Shown here: positions 55,281-64,000 of the stretch, one piece after another
Layout of the letters: the number at the start of each line of letters is the position of its first letter
Position numbering within the stretch: the stretch's first letter is position 1
Origin: an uncultured archaeon
GTDB lineage: Archaea; Thermoproteota; Nitrososphaeria; Nitrososphaerales; Gagatemarchaeaceae
Length of the DNA: 64,000 bases
Direction of reading: 5' to 3'
Assembly (NCBI GenBank): GCA_963817525.1
Contig: CAWFOU010000001.1
Coordinates: 320,001 to 384,000 of the forward strand
Made by a program: the position numbers and the translations under genes
The notes under the pieces: generated by a model
Database searches by the model: none
Told to the model about the DNA's origin: nothing
The model's input: the letters and a program-made list of their open reading frames with translations, nothing else

Positions 55281-56270
55281 ATGTCGAGAGTCGCGGTCAC
55301 CGGAGGCGCGGGCTTCCTCGGAAGCCACATCGTTAGGAGGCTCGTCGACGACGGTCACGAGGTCTCGATAGTCGACGACTTTTCGTCCGGCCTCGTCCAG
55401 AACCTGACCGACCTGGGAGTCAAGCGCAAGTGCTCCGTGGGCGACCTACGCGACTACCGCTTCGCCAAGGCCTCGCTGCGCAAGGCGGAGACCGTCTACC
55501 ACTTCGCCGCCGAGGTGGGGAGCGTGAGCTACCTCCACGGGTCCAACGCGCAGGAGCTCGCCGCGATGGAGTCCAACCTGGTCATCGACGCCAACGTCTT
55601 CAAGGCCTGCCTCGAGAACCACGTCAAGACCGTCATCTACGCGTCCAGCGTCTCGGTCTACCCATTCGACGAGCAGCTCGGCTCGAACACCCGCTTCCGC
55701 GAGGAGGACACCGAGAGGAAGGTCAACCCGGAGGGAGGCTACGGGTGGTCGAAGTACATCGCCGAAAAGCAGCTCGCCCTCATGCCAGGGGTCTCCTACG
55801 GCGTCGCCCGGATCTTCCACGCCTATGGCAAGAACATCTACCTGAGGTCCGACCGGAGCCAGGTCATCGCCTCGCTGATCAGGAAGGCGGTGAGGTACCC
55901 AGAGGAGGACTTTGTGGTCTGGGGAGACGGGAGCCAGAGGCGCTGCTTCGTCTACATAGACGACGCCATCGACGCGCTCATGAGGCTCGAGAAGCACGCG
56001 GTCGAGCGGGGGAGCCTCACCGTCAACGTGGGGTCGACGGAGGAGACGACCGTCCGGGAGCTCGCCGAACGGGTCGTGGCTTTGTCCAACAAGGACATCC
56101 CCCTCAAGTTCGACCTCTCAAAGCCCACCGGGGCCTTGAACAGGACCCCCGACCTCGCGAGGGCGAAGCGGGTCCTCGGCTGGAGCCCCACCACGCCGCT
56201 TTCCAAGGGCCTCGAGAAGACGTTCGACTGGGCCAAGGGAAGGCTGAGGAAGCGGGGGGAGCGTCGCTGA
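55281..56270 (+). CDS. NAD-dependent epimerase, GDP-sugar epimerase-like
   Basis: VTGGAGFLGSH, HFAAEVG, YGWSK, VWGDGSQRRCFVYIDD. Confidence 0.9.
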   Translation: MSRVAVTGGAGFLGSHIVRRLVDDGHEVSIVDDFSSGLVQNLTDLGVKRKCSVGDLRDYRFAKASLRKAETVYHFAAEVGSVSYLHGSNAQELAAMESNLVIDANVFKACLENHVKTVIYASSVSVYPFDEQLGSNTRFREEDTERKVNPEGGYGWSKYIAEKQLALMPGVSYGVARIFHAYGKNIYLRSDRSQVIASLIRKAVRYPEEDFVVWGDGSQRRCFVYIDDAIDALMRLEKHAVERGSLTVNVGSTEETTVRELAERVVALSNKDIPLKFDLSKPTGALNRTPDLARAKRVLGWSPTTPLSKGLEKTFDWAKGRLRKRGERR

Positions 56271-56316
56271 CTGTCGTCGAGCGCCGTGAGAAACATCCTA
56301 GGTCGGATATCACCCA

Positions 56317-57324
56317 TTGAGGAGGGCCGGCGCGAGCAGGACACGGACTGCCGCCGCGCTGCTGGTAGTGGCGCTCCTAGCAATCGGCGCCGCGTACGTC
56401 CTTACCTCGTCCCCGAGGCAGGTCGTCTCGACGACCGGGAGCTCGACATCCTCTGCCTCCTCGACCGCCTCTTCGGAGCGCATCTCTCACGTCATCGTCA
56501 TCCTCATGGAGAACGAGGAGGAGAGCAGCGTCATAGGGAACGCCTCCGCCCCGTACGAGAACGCCCTCGCCACGAGGTATGCTCTGGCGGCCGACTACTT
56601 CGGGGTCGCCCATCCCTCCCTCCCCAACTACATGGCGCTCATCGCGGGAAGCACGTTCGGAGTCAACAGCGACTGCCTCCCCGCACAGTGCAGCCTCCCT
56701 GCCAACGTGACCACCGTGGCCAGCCTGCTCGACTCCCACGGCCTCACGTGGAGGGAGTACGCAGAGTCGATGCCCACGAACTGCTCGCAGGTGAACAGCC
56801 CGGACGGCCTCTACTGGACCAAGCACAATCCCTTCGTCTTCTTCGGGTCCATAACCGGGAACAACGGGACCGGCCAGACCTCGAGCTACTGCGACTCCCA
56901 CGTCGTCTCCATGGCCCAATTCTACCTGGACCTCCAGTCCGGGGACCTCCCCAACTACTCCTTCATCACCCCGAACATTTGCGACGACGCCCACAGCTGC
57001 GCCCTCTCGGTCGGCGACCAGTGGCTCTCTACCCTCGTCCCCAAGATAATCAACTCCAGCTCCTTCTCGACGACCGCCCTCTTCATCACGTACGACGAGG
57101 GAGCCACCAGCGACATCCGAGGGGGCGGGGGCGAGGTGCCCTGCATCCTCGTCTCCCCGTTCGCAAAGCCCGGTTACGTCTCTACCGTGGAGTATTCGCA
57201 CTACTCGCTGCTCGCCACCGTCGAGAGCATCTTCGGGCTGGGGACGCTCGGGCGAAACGACTCAACAGCCTCGCCCATGTCCGACCTCTTCACCCCGCAG
57301 GCGGGGCTCACGCAAAACCCGTGA
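56317..57324 (+). CDS. Anchored phosphoesterase (acid phosphatase/phospholipase C family)
   Basis: HVIVILMEN, HPSLPNY, KHNPF, FITPNICDDAH, ITYDE, HYSLLAT.E. Confidence 0.9.
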   Translation: MRRAGASRTRTAAALLVVALLAIGAAYVLTSSPRQVVSTTGSSTSSASSTASSERISHVIVILMENEEESSVIGNASAPYENALATRYALAADYFGVAHPSLPNYMALIAGSTFGVNSDCLPAQCSLPANVTTVASLLDSHGLTWREYAESMPTNCSQVNSPDGLYWTKHNPFVFFGSITGNNGTGQTSSYCDSHVVSMAQFYLDLQSGDLPNYSFITPNICDDAHSCALSVGDQWLSTLVPKIINSSSFSTTALFITYDEGATSDIRGGGGEVPCILVSPFAKPGYVSTVEYSHYSLLATVESIFGLGTLGRNDSTASPMSDLFTPQAGLTQNP

Positions 57325-57405
57325 AGATCGCCCCTGAAATTAGCAACTGAGGGTCAATTCTCCGCCGAACTTCTTAATACCTCGAAGAAGCAGTTTGGCA
57401 ACAGC

Positions 57406-57819
57406 ATGGCCGTCGCAAGAGGGAAGGGCACAAAAGCGGCTCCCTGGGTCCTGAAGACCCCGCCGGGGACGTCCGAGTTTCAGGCGTACAGGGACGAGGC
57501 CCTCTCGCCTCCCGCCCTCGTGGTCTGGGTGGGCAAGACGGAGCTGCGCTACGACCTCAGGTGCCTGGCCGACCTCCACGCGATGCTCGAGGAGCGCGGC
57601 GACTGGATGCTCCTCGGGAGCGCTGACGAGCAGAAGCCCGCCGCTCCCGCGACGGTCGAGGAATGGGGGCGCTCGCCCAAGAACCCTGTGGGCGGTTGGT
57701 ACGGGCTCAAGAAGGGGCTGAGGGGTAGGTTCGCGATGTATATCCCCCCGGTCATGGAGGCCTTGGGGACGGCCGAGGTCGAGCACAACCCCAAGAACAA
57801 CCGGATGAGAGCGCTCTAG
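57406..57819 (+). CDS. Conserved hypothetical protein (recalled as a mostly bacterial family)
   Basis: PWVLKTPPG, LGSADEQK, NPVGGWYGLKKGLRGRF, EHNPKNNRMRA; clean ORF with upstream TATA-like box. Confidence 0.75.
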   Translation: MAVARGKGTKAAPWVLKTPPGTSEFQAYRDEALSPPALVVWVGKTELRYDLRCLADLHAMLEERGDWMLLGSADEQKPAAPATVEEWGRSPKNPVGGWYGLKKGLRGRFAMYIPPVMEALGTAEVEHNPKNNRMRAL

Positions 57820-57865
57820 ACCCGGACACGCTTCAAATACGGGGCGCTTCTCGGGAGGCATCGGT

Positions 57866-60800
57866 TTGCAGGAGACGACAACCAAACAACTCGACCTAGC
57901 CGAGAGGCTTCGCGCGCTCACCACTCCCGCGACCGACCTCGAGGAGGGCTTGCTGGTCTCGGCCACCTACGACGGCGACACCCGGAGGGCCGTGCTCAAG
58001 TTCTACGACGCGAAGCAGGAGCGGGTCTGGCTCTGGGAGGACAAGAGCGGGCACAAGCCCTACTGCTACACCAAACTCTCAGACCAGGAGATTGCTTCCG
58101 CTGGAGTCGAGGTCGGCAAAAGCGGGATAACCGGGATTGTGCCGGAGAAGAGGCGTGACCTCCTCAACGACGCGGAGATAACGGTCAAGAAGATCACCGC
58201 GACCGACCCTCTCGCCATCGGAGGGTCGCCCACGTCCCTCCGGGAGAAGATGGAGTGCTGGGAGGCCGACATCAAGTACTTTGAGAACTACGTCTACGAC
58301 AGGGGGCTCAGGGTCGGGACCTACTACAAGATCGCCCAGGGGGAGGTCACTCCCGTGCAGAAGGAGGTCGCCGGCGAAGTCAAGCGCTCGCTCGATGCTA
58401 TCGTAGCCAAGGCATCCGGGGACGCCGCCCTCTACATCAAGGACTGGGCGGAGCTCCTGGGGCAGCCCCTCTCGAACTTCAAGCGGATCGCCTGTGACAT
58501 CGAGGTCGCGAACGAGGAGAACCGCATCCCCGACCCCGAGATAGCGGACAGAGAGGTCATCGCAGTCTCCTTCTACAACGACAGGGAGTCGATAGTCTAC
58601 CTCATCGACAAGTCGGGGGAGGACAGGTCGCTCGACGGAGCGCTCACGGGCTACACCCCGACGGTCTTCGCCGACGAGGCGTCGCTCCTCCGCGCGACCT
58701 TCGCGAAGATGATGGAGTACCCATTCCTGATCACGTTCAACGGAGACGACTTCGACCTCCGCTATCTGAAGCACCGCGCGATGAGGAAGGAGATCGGCAT
58801 CAGGGAGGAGGAGATACCCATCGCCCTCCAGAGGCAGGAGGCGTCGCTCAAGCATGGCGTCCACATCGACCTATACCGCTTCTTCAACAACCGATCGATA
58901 CAGGTCTACGTCTACAACAACAGGTACACCGAGCACACGCTCAATGGGATAGCGGAGGCCCTCCTCGGCAAGGAGAAGATCCCCTTCGAGGGGAACATCG
59001 CGGAGCTCCCACTTGTCGAGCTCGCGGACTACTGCCTCAACGACTCGACGCTCACCTACGACCTTACCGCGGCCAACGACTCCCTCCTCATGAAGATGCT
59101 GCTGGTCATCGCGAGGATCGCCAAGATGCCCATGAACGACGTCGCCCGCCTGGGCGTCTCCAACTGGATCCGGAGCATGATCTTCTACGACCACCGCCGG
59201 ATAGGCGCGCTCATCCCACGCTCGGACGAGCTCAGGCAGAAGGGCGGGGCCTCCTCCGAGGCGATAATCAAGGGGAAGAAGTACAAGGGAGGGCTCGTCA
59301 TCGAGCCCAAGCCGGGCATCTACTTCGGGGTATCCGTCCTCGACTTTGCGTCCCTCTACCCCAGCATCATCAAGGTCCACAACCTCTCATACGAGACTGT
59401 GAACTGCATCCACGAGGAGTGCAGGTCCAACAGGGTCCCCGACACGGACCACTGGATATGCACGAAGCGCAGCGGGATAGAAAGCCTCCTCATCGGCTCG
59501 CTTCGCGACCTCAGGGTGGGGCACTACAAGGCGCTCTCCAAGGACAAGGCCCTCCCGAAGGAGAGCAAGGACCTCTACAGCACGGTGACGCAGGGGCTCA
59601 AGGTCATCCTCAACGCGTGCTTCACAGGAGACACGCTGGTGGTCACCCCGACCGGGATCAAGAACATCAAGGACTTTAGGGTGGGAGACCAAGTCATCAA
59701 CGTCAACCCTGAGACCCTCGAGGTCGAGATGGACAAGGTCGTGGCTGTCCAGGCCTATCACTACGATGGAGACATCTACCACTTCCAGGACAAGAGGTTC
59801 GTCGACCTCATGGTCACCCCCAACCACAGACTCCTCACCATCGATAGGCGCAAGTCCTCAAAGAGCGGGGCAATCTTTAGGTCGGCGGAGGAGGTACGGG
59901 ACCTCGCGAACGTCGCGATCCCGAAACTGCGAACGGGTGTGGGACGGGACTCGGCCAACAACAGAGTCTCGATGCTAAAGGTTGCCAAGGAGATTGGCGT
60001 ATTTGCCAGCGTCTATCCGCCCTCGGGAATTCGCTTGATCAACTGGTTCAGGACGCTTCCATCCGAGCTGCAGAAGAATATCCGCGAGAACGGACGCGTC
60101 AGGAAACTCGGAACCCAACCCACATTGGAAAAGCCGGTAAAGAACCGGCAGTCCCGCTACGAGCTGCCTGCCGACGCGGTCGAAGAGGTCGACGTCGACG
60201 CCGTCGAGGCTGCCGGGGGCCGGGTCCTACTCGGGGAGTCGCACTCAAGGCAAGTCCCGGCTCGCTACCTTGCGGCGGACCTCGCCTCGCTCAGCGGTTG
60301 GTTCGTCTCCGCAGGCAACCCACACTCTTCGCAGATGAAGATATACGCGAGCGGCCGAGTCCGCGGCAAGACCTCGGGCATCATGATCTCACAAGGGTTC
60401 GGGAAAGGGAATGTCATGGGAACCCAATACAGGGCGGAGATACAAGGTCTCCTCGGCAGGCTCGGGCTCAGAAGTATCCAAGATTCGGGCCGAAACAAGT
60501 ACTTCAAGGTCAGCAGCTCGATCCTAAACCGCTGGGTTCTCTCGCAGTGCTACGTCGAAGGTGAGGGTCACGGCGCCACCGCGAAGAGGATCCCTGACTT
60601 CGTGTTCGAGTCGAGCGACACGATGAAGGAATTCCTCGCCTCGGTGTACAAGGGCGACGGCAACAGAAGGCGTGTCAGATACTCCACGGTGAGCACGCGT
60701 CTTGCGAATGACATGGTCGTCCTGCTGAGTCTCCTTGGGTACAAGGCCAAGCTGTCCTACGAGAGCGAGTCACACATCTACAGGATTGTCTTCAAGAACG

Positions 60801-63250
60801 TCAGTTCGAAGCTCACTTTTTCAGGGCAGGAGAAGCTCAAGCAGCTGAACATCCTGCCCTTCGAAGGGACCGTCTTCTGTGTGACCACCGAGAGAAACCA
60901 CACGGTCATCGCAGGTAGGAACGGTAGGTTCGTCCCGGTCGGTCAGTCCTACGGGGTGATGGGATTCGAGACCTTCGCCCTTTACTGTCTCCCGGTAGCG
61001 GACGCGACGGCGGCGTTCGGGAGGGACGCGATCACCAGGACGATAGAGAAATGTAAAAATGAAGGGGTTTCTGTGATATATTCTGATACTGACAGCCTTT
61101 TTATTGAAAATCCTAACAAGGACAAAATCGCGGATGTCCTAAGGTGGGCGGACAAGGAGCTCGGGGTCGAGCTCGAGGTAGACAAGACCTACCGATACGT
61201 CGCCTTCAGCCAGCTCAAGAAGAACTACTTCGGGGTGCTCCAGGACGGGACCGCGGACATCAAAGGTTTGACGGGGAAAAAATCGGTCGACGGGGAAACC
61301 CCCATTCTCGCGCGCATCGACGGGATCACTACGTTCACAACCGTGGCGGACGTCTATAGCAAGTTCGTCGAGAAACATTCTGTGGAACTCATCAGCGTCG
61401 GCGACGATTTGCGCTCAAACTGGGCACCTATCAACGATGCAACGCGGCACGAAGTTGACGACGTCTATGTGATTCGAACCAGCAAGGGCAGGATCCTGAA
61501 GCTGTCCGGGGATCACAGTGCGTTCTTCATTGATGCTTGTGGCCGTCTGCACAGTAAGGAAACAAGAAACGCCCTTGTGGGCGACGTCCTCGTGGGAACT
61601 CGATTCTTCCCCCAAGTCGCTCCTTCGAAAAGCGTCGATTTGAAACGGTATTTGCCAGAAACGACCGACCGGAATGGAATGCTTTTCTCCTCGAAAGCTC
61701 ACTCGACGACTGGCGTTCCGATTCCTAGGACCTTGGCGCTGACCAAAGACGTCGGAATGATTTTCGGAGTGTTCGTTGCGGAAGGATCTACGGCCAAGGA
61801 CCGTGCTTCAAGGTCGAACGACATCTCGCAGAACGAAATCTCAAATCCGGAGGTTTGTCGTGCTTTGGTAGCCGCGTGGTCTGCGACCTTTGGACGGCGA
61901 ATCAAACAGTTTGGCCCCCCAAACAAACGCGTATTCTATCTCCCGATACTCTACGCCGAACTCTTCAGGGAAACATGCGGCACAAGAAGCGCAGACAAGC
62001 ACGTCCCTGATTTCATCTTCAACGCGCCTTTGGAAGTCATCGAGAGCTTCCTTCGCGGGCTCTTCTCTGGAGATGGCTTCAGTAATGGAAGAAAGATCTC
62101 AATTGCTTCCGAGAGTAAGAGATTGATTGAAGAGACCGGCTACCTTCTTGGCTATTTTGACATCGATACGAGGATCCGAGTGTGCTACAACTCACGTTTC
62201 AACATAGAGTACTATCAACTCAGCGTAATTGGGACGTCAAGCAGGAGGAGGTTCCAAGCGCGGATTGGGTTCCTCCAGCCAAGGTCCCAGAAGATGCCCG
62301 ATAACGGACCACGCAACAAGGAACTACTCCCCATTTCCACCGTGGGGTTGGTGGAAGTGAAGGCAAGCATACTCAAGAGATTGGGACTGAAAAGATTCAG
62401 GCACGTAAACATGCATGATATCAGATTCTTCAACCTGAGCCTTCTCCAGCACTACAACGAAGTGATCGATTCCTTGGCCAGACATGCGAATGACGTAGAG
62501 TCTGCCACGCTGGCGAGAATCAGGAGAATGTTGAACACTCAGGATGTCACATATGATGAGATTATCGAGCTGAAACGAGTTCCCGGAAGCTGCGTGATGT
62601 ACGATTTCTCGGTTCCGAGTACAGAGCGATTCGTTGCGGGAAACCTCCCGACGCTGCTCCACAACAGCCAGACCCCCGAATTCTTGAAGAATGAGTTCTA
62701 CCAGGTGCTCGACATCCTCGGCGCGGTCTACAGCCAGGCAGACTTCGACCAGGCCAAATCGAGGATCAAGAAGCTCCTCACCGACATGGTGACCTCGCTG
62801 AAGGATAGGAAGGTCCCCATCGAGGACCTCTCGTTCAACGTGATGATGGGCAAGTCCATCAGCGGGTACAAGTCAACAAGGTCCCCCGAGCCTCCCAGGA
62901 AAGACGCCCAGGCCCGGCAGGCTCAGGGCTTGCTCCACGAGAGGCCGGAGGCGCCCCAGGAGAGCGGTTTCAACGCGATATCTATGGATGGGAAGCCCCA
63001 GCACGTCAAGGCCGCGATCCTCCTCGCCAGGAGCTCCAATCGCGAGGTGAAGGCAGGCGAGCTGATATCGTTCGTGAAGACCAAGGGCGGGGAGGGGGTC
63101 AAGCCCACGAGCCAGGCCAAGCCGGAGGACATCGATGTCGACAAGTACATCGAGTATGCGAGCTCGATGTTCGATCAGGTGCTCAGCGCCCTCGACCTCT
63201 CCTTCGAGTCTGTGGTCCCGAAGACCAGCCTCGACGCGTTCTGGTCCTAG
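57866..63250 (+). CDS. polB1: Family B DNA polymerase (PolB1) with two inteins
   Basis: Exo motifs DIEV, FNGDDFD, YCLND; DFASLYPS, KVILNA/SYG, YSDTDS, KGLTGKK/S; C-terminal PIP-like TSLDAF. Confidence 0.96.
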   Translation: MQETTTKQLDLAERLRALTTPATDLEEGLLVSATYDGDTRRAVLKFYDAKQERVWLWEDKSGHKPYCYTKLSDQEIASAGVEVGKSGITGIVPEKRRDLLNDAEITVKKITATDPLAIGGSPTSLREKMECWEADIKYFENYVYDRGLRVGTYYKIAQGEVTPVQKEVAGEVKRSLDAIVAKASGDAALYIKDWAELLGQPLSNFKRIACDIEVANEENRIPDPEIADREVIAVSFYNDRESIVYLIDKSGEDRSLDGALTGYTPTVFADEASLLRATFAKMMEYPFLITFNGDDFDLRYLKHRAMRKEIGIREEEIPIALQRQEASLKHGVHIDLYRFFNNRSIQVYVYNNRYTEHTLNGIAEALLGKEKIPFEGNIAELPLVELADYCLNDSTLTYDLTAANDSLLMKMLLVIARIAKMPMNDVARLGVSNWIRSMIFYDHRRIGALIPRSDELRQKGGASSEAIIKGKKYKGGLVIEPKPGIYFGVSVLDFASLYPSIIKVHNLSYETVNCIHEECRSNRVPDTDHWICTKRSGIESLLIGSLRDLRVGHYKALSKDKALPKESKDLYSTVTQGLKVILNACFTGDTLVVTPTGIKNIKDFRVGDQVINVNPETLEVEMDKVVAVQAYHYDGDIYHFQDKRFVDLMVTPNHRLLTIDRRKSSKSGAIFRSAEEVRDLANVAIPKLRTGVGRDSANNRVSMLKVAKEIGVFASVYPPSGIRLINWFRTLPSELQKNIRENGRVRKLGTQPTLEKPVKNRQSRYELPADAVEEVDVDAVEAAGGRVLLGESHSRQVPARYLAADLASLSGWFVSAGNPHSSQMKIYASGRVRGKTSGIMISQGFGKGNVMGTQYRAEIQGLLGRLGLRSIQDSGRNKYFKVSSSILNRWVLSQCYVEGEGHGATAKRIPDFVFESSDTMKEFLASVYKGDGNRRRVRYSTVSTRLANDMVVLLSLLGYKAKLSYESESHIYRIVFKNVSSKLTFSGQEKLKQLNILPFEGTVFCVTTERNHTVIAGRNGRFVPVGQSYGVMGFETFALYCLPVADATAAFGRDAITRTIEKCKNEGVSVIYSDTDSLFIENPNKDKIADVLRWADKELGVELEVDKTYRYVAFSQLKKNYFGVLQDGTADIKGLTGKKSVDGETPILARIDGITTFTTVADVYSKFVEKHSVELISVGDDLRSNWAPINDATRHEVDDVYVIRTSKGRILKLSGDHSAFFIDACGRLHSKETRNALVGDVLVGTRFFPQVAPSKSVDLKRYLPETTDRNGMLFSSKAHSTTGVPIPRTLALTKDVGMIFGVFVAEGSTAKDRASRSNDISQNEISNPEVCRALVAAWSATFGRRIKQFGPPNKRVFYLPILYAELFRETCGTRSADKHVPDFIFNAPLEVIESFLRGLFSGDGFSNGRKISIASESKRLIEETGYLLGYFDIDTRIRVCYNSRFNIEYYQLSVIGTSSRRRFQARIGFLQPRSQKMPDNGPRNKELLPISTVGLVEVKASILKRLGLKRFRHVNMHDIRFFNLSLLQHYNEVIDSLARHANDVESATLARIRRMLNTQDVTYDEIIELKRVPGSCVMYDFSVPSTERFVAGNLPTLLHNSQTPEFLKNEFYQVLDILGAVYSQADFDQAKSRIKKLLTDMVTSLKDRKVPIEDLSFNVMMGKSISGYKSTRSPEPPRKDAQARQAQGLLHERPEAPQESGFNAISMDGKPQHVKAAILLARSSNREVKAGELISFVKTKGGEGVKPTSQAKPEDIDVDKYIEYASSMFDQVLSALDLSFESVVPKTSLDAFWS
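59618..60946 (+). mobile_element. Intein 1 (443 aa), Cys start, Gly-Gln end, LAGLIDADG-type domain
   Basis: CFTGDT..., block B VTPNHRL, GWFVSAG, ASVYKGDG, VFCVTTERNH...VGQ/S. Confidence 0.92.
61283..62665 (+). mobile_element. Intein 2 (461 aa), Ser start, His-Asn end, LAGLIDADG-type domain
   Basis: SVDGET..., LSGDHS, GVFVAEG, FLRGLFSGDG, MYDFSV..LLHN/S; markedly lower GC. Confidence 0.92.
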
Positions 63251-64000
63251 GAGAACTTCGATACCTTCTCGCGGACCTCCGAGAGGAAGTCCTCGAGCTT
63301 CACCCCGTACCTCACGTCCCCGTCCCTAGCCCTGACCGCGACGGAGCCTGCCCGCTCCTCCTTCGAGCCGATGACGAGCATGTAGGGGACCTTCTGGATC
63401 TGGGCGTCCCTGATCTTCCCCCCGATAGTGCCGCTCGCGTAGTCGCCCTCGACCCTTATGCCCGCTTCCACGAGGGTCCGTGCGACCTTCTCCGCGTAGG
63501 CCCTGCTCTCGTCAGAGACCGGCATGACCCTCACCTGGACCGGAGACGCCCAGACGGGGAGCCTCCCCTGCACGTGCTCGAGGTAGACGCCGATGAACCT
63601 CTCGAGGGAACCTAGAATCGCCCGGTGTATCACCACGGGGGTGTGCTCCTTCCCGTCGGAGCCCGCGTAGGTCAGCTTGAACCTCTGCGGGAGCTGGTAG
63701 TCGAGCTGGATCGTCGAGTTCTGCCACTCCCTGCCCATCGAGTCCTTGATGTCGACGTCGATTTTGGGACCGTAGAAGGCGCCGTCCTTCTCCTTCACCT
63801 TGTACTGGAGCCCCTTCGCCTCCATCACGCGTGAGAGGATCGACTCGGCTTTCTCCCAGAACTCCCTGGTCCCAAGGTGCTCGTCGGGCATCGTGGAGAG
63901 GTTGAGCTTGTACTCGAGCCCGAATATCTTGAAGACCCTGTCCATGAGGTCGATCATCCCCTTCACCTCGCCCTCGACCTGCTCGTCCGTGGCGAAGATG
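63247..64000 (-). CDS. thrS: Threonine--tRNA ligase, C-terminal part (truncated by window edge)
   Basis: GAFYGPKID, STIQLD, IHRAILGSLERF, KIRDAQ..KVPY. Confidence 0.96.
   Translation of the reverse strand, partial: IFATDEQVEGEVKGMIDLMDRVFKIFGLEYKLNLSTMPDEHLGTREFWEKAESILSRVMEAKGLQYKVKEKDGAFYGPKIDVDIKDSMGREWQNSTIQLDYQLPQRFKLTYAGSDGKEHTPVVIHRAILGSLERFIGVYLEHVQGRLPVWASPVQVRVMPVSDESRAYAEKVARTLVEAGIRVEGDYASGTIGGKIRDAQIQKVPYMLVIGSKEERAGSVAVRARDGDVRYGVKLEDFLSEVREKVSKFS

Overview
GC-rich archaeal chromosome segment, most consistent with a TACK archaeon of the Nitrososphaerota type (PolB1, S30e, GatDE, Nop5/fibrillarin, Rpo12); the lineage call is inference. Core genes (rnhB, flpA, nop5, rps30e, elp3, gatDE, nurA/herA-like, glyS, rpo12, tyrS, polB1 with two inteins, thrS) flank a surface-glycan cluster with a full GDP-heptose-type pathway, which is split by a ~17 kb island of membrane-anchored Ser/Thr-rich surface proteins. 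Two signals not shown by the ORF track stand out. (1) Ribosomal protein S30e is interrupted by a 31-nt bulge-helix-bulge intron whose canonical cleavage restores the conserved MPTHGSLTKAGKVR; a frameshifted homing-endonuclease-like gene lies just upstream. (2) A tnpB element and an internally deleted copy are each bounded by IS6-like terminal inverted repeats and 8-bp target-site duplications, matching the ends of a cargo-carrying IS6-family DDE element in the same window, suggesting an RNA-guided nuclease mobilised by a DDE transposase rather than by IS200/IS605 or IS607 TnpA. No tRNA, rRNA or CRISPR array was seen. Several frameshifts could be assembly errors.
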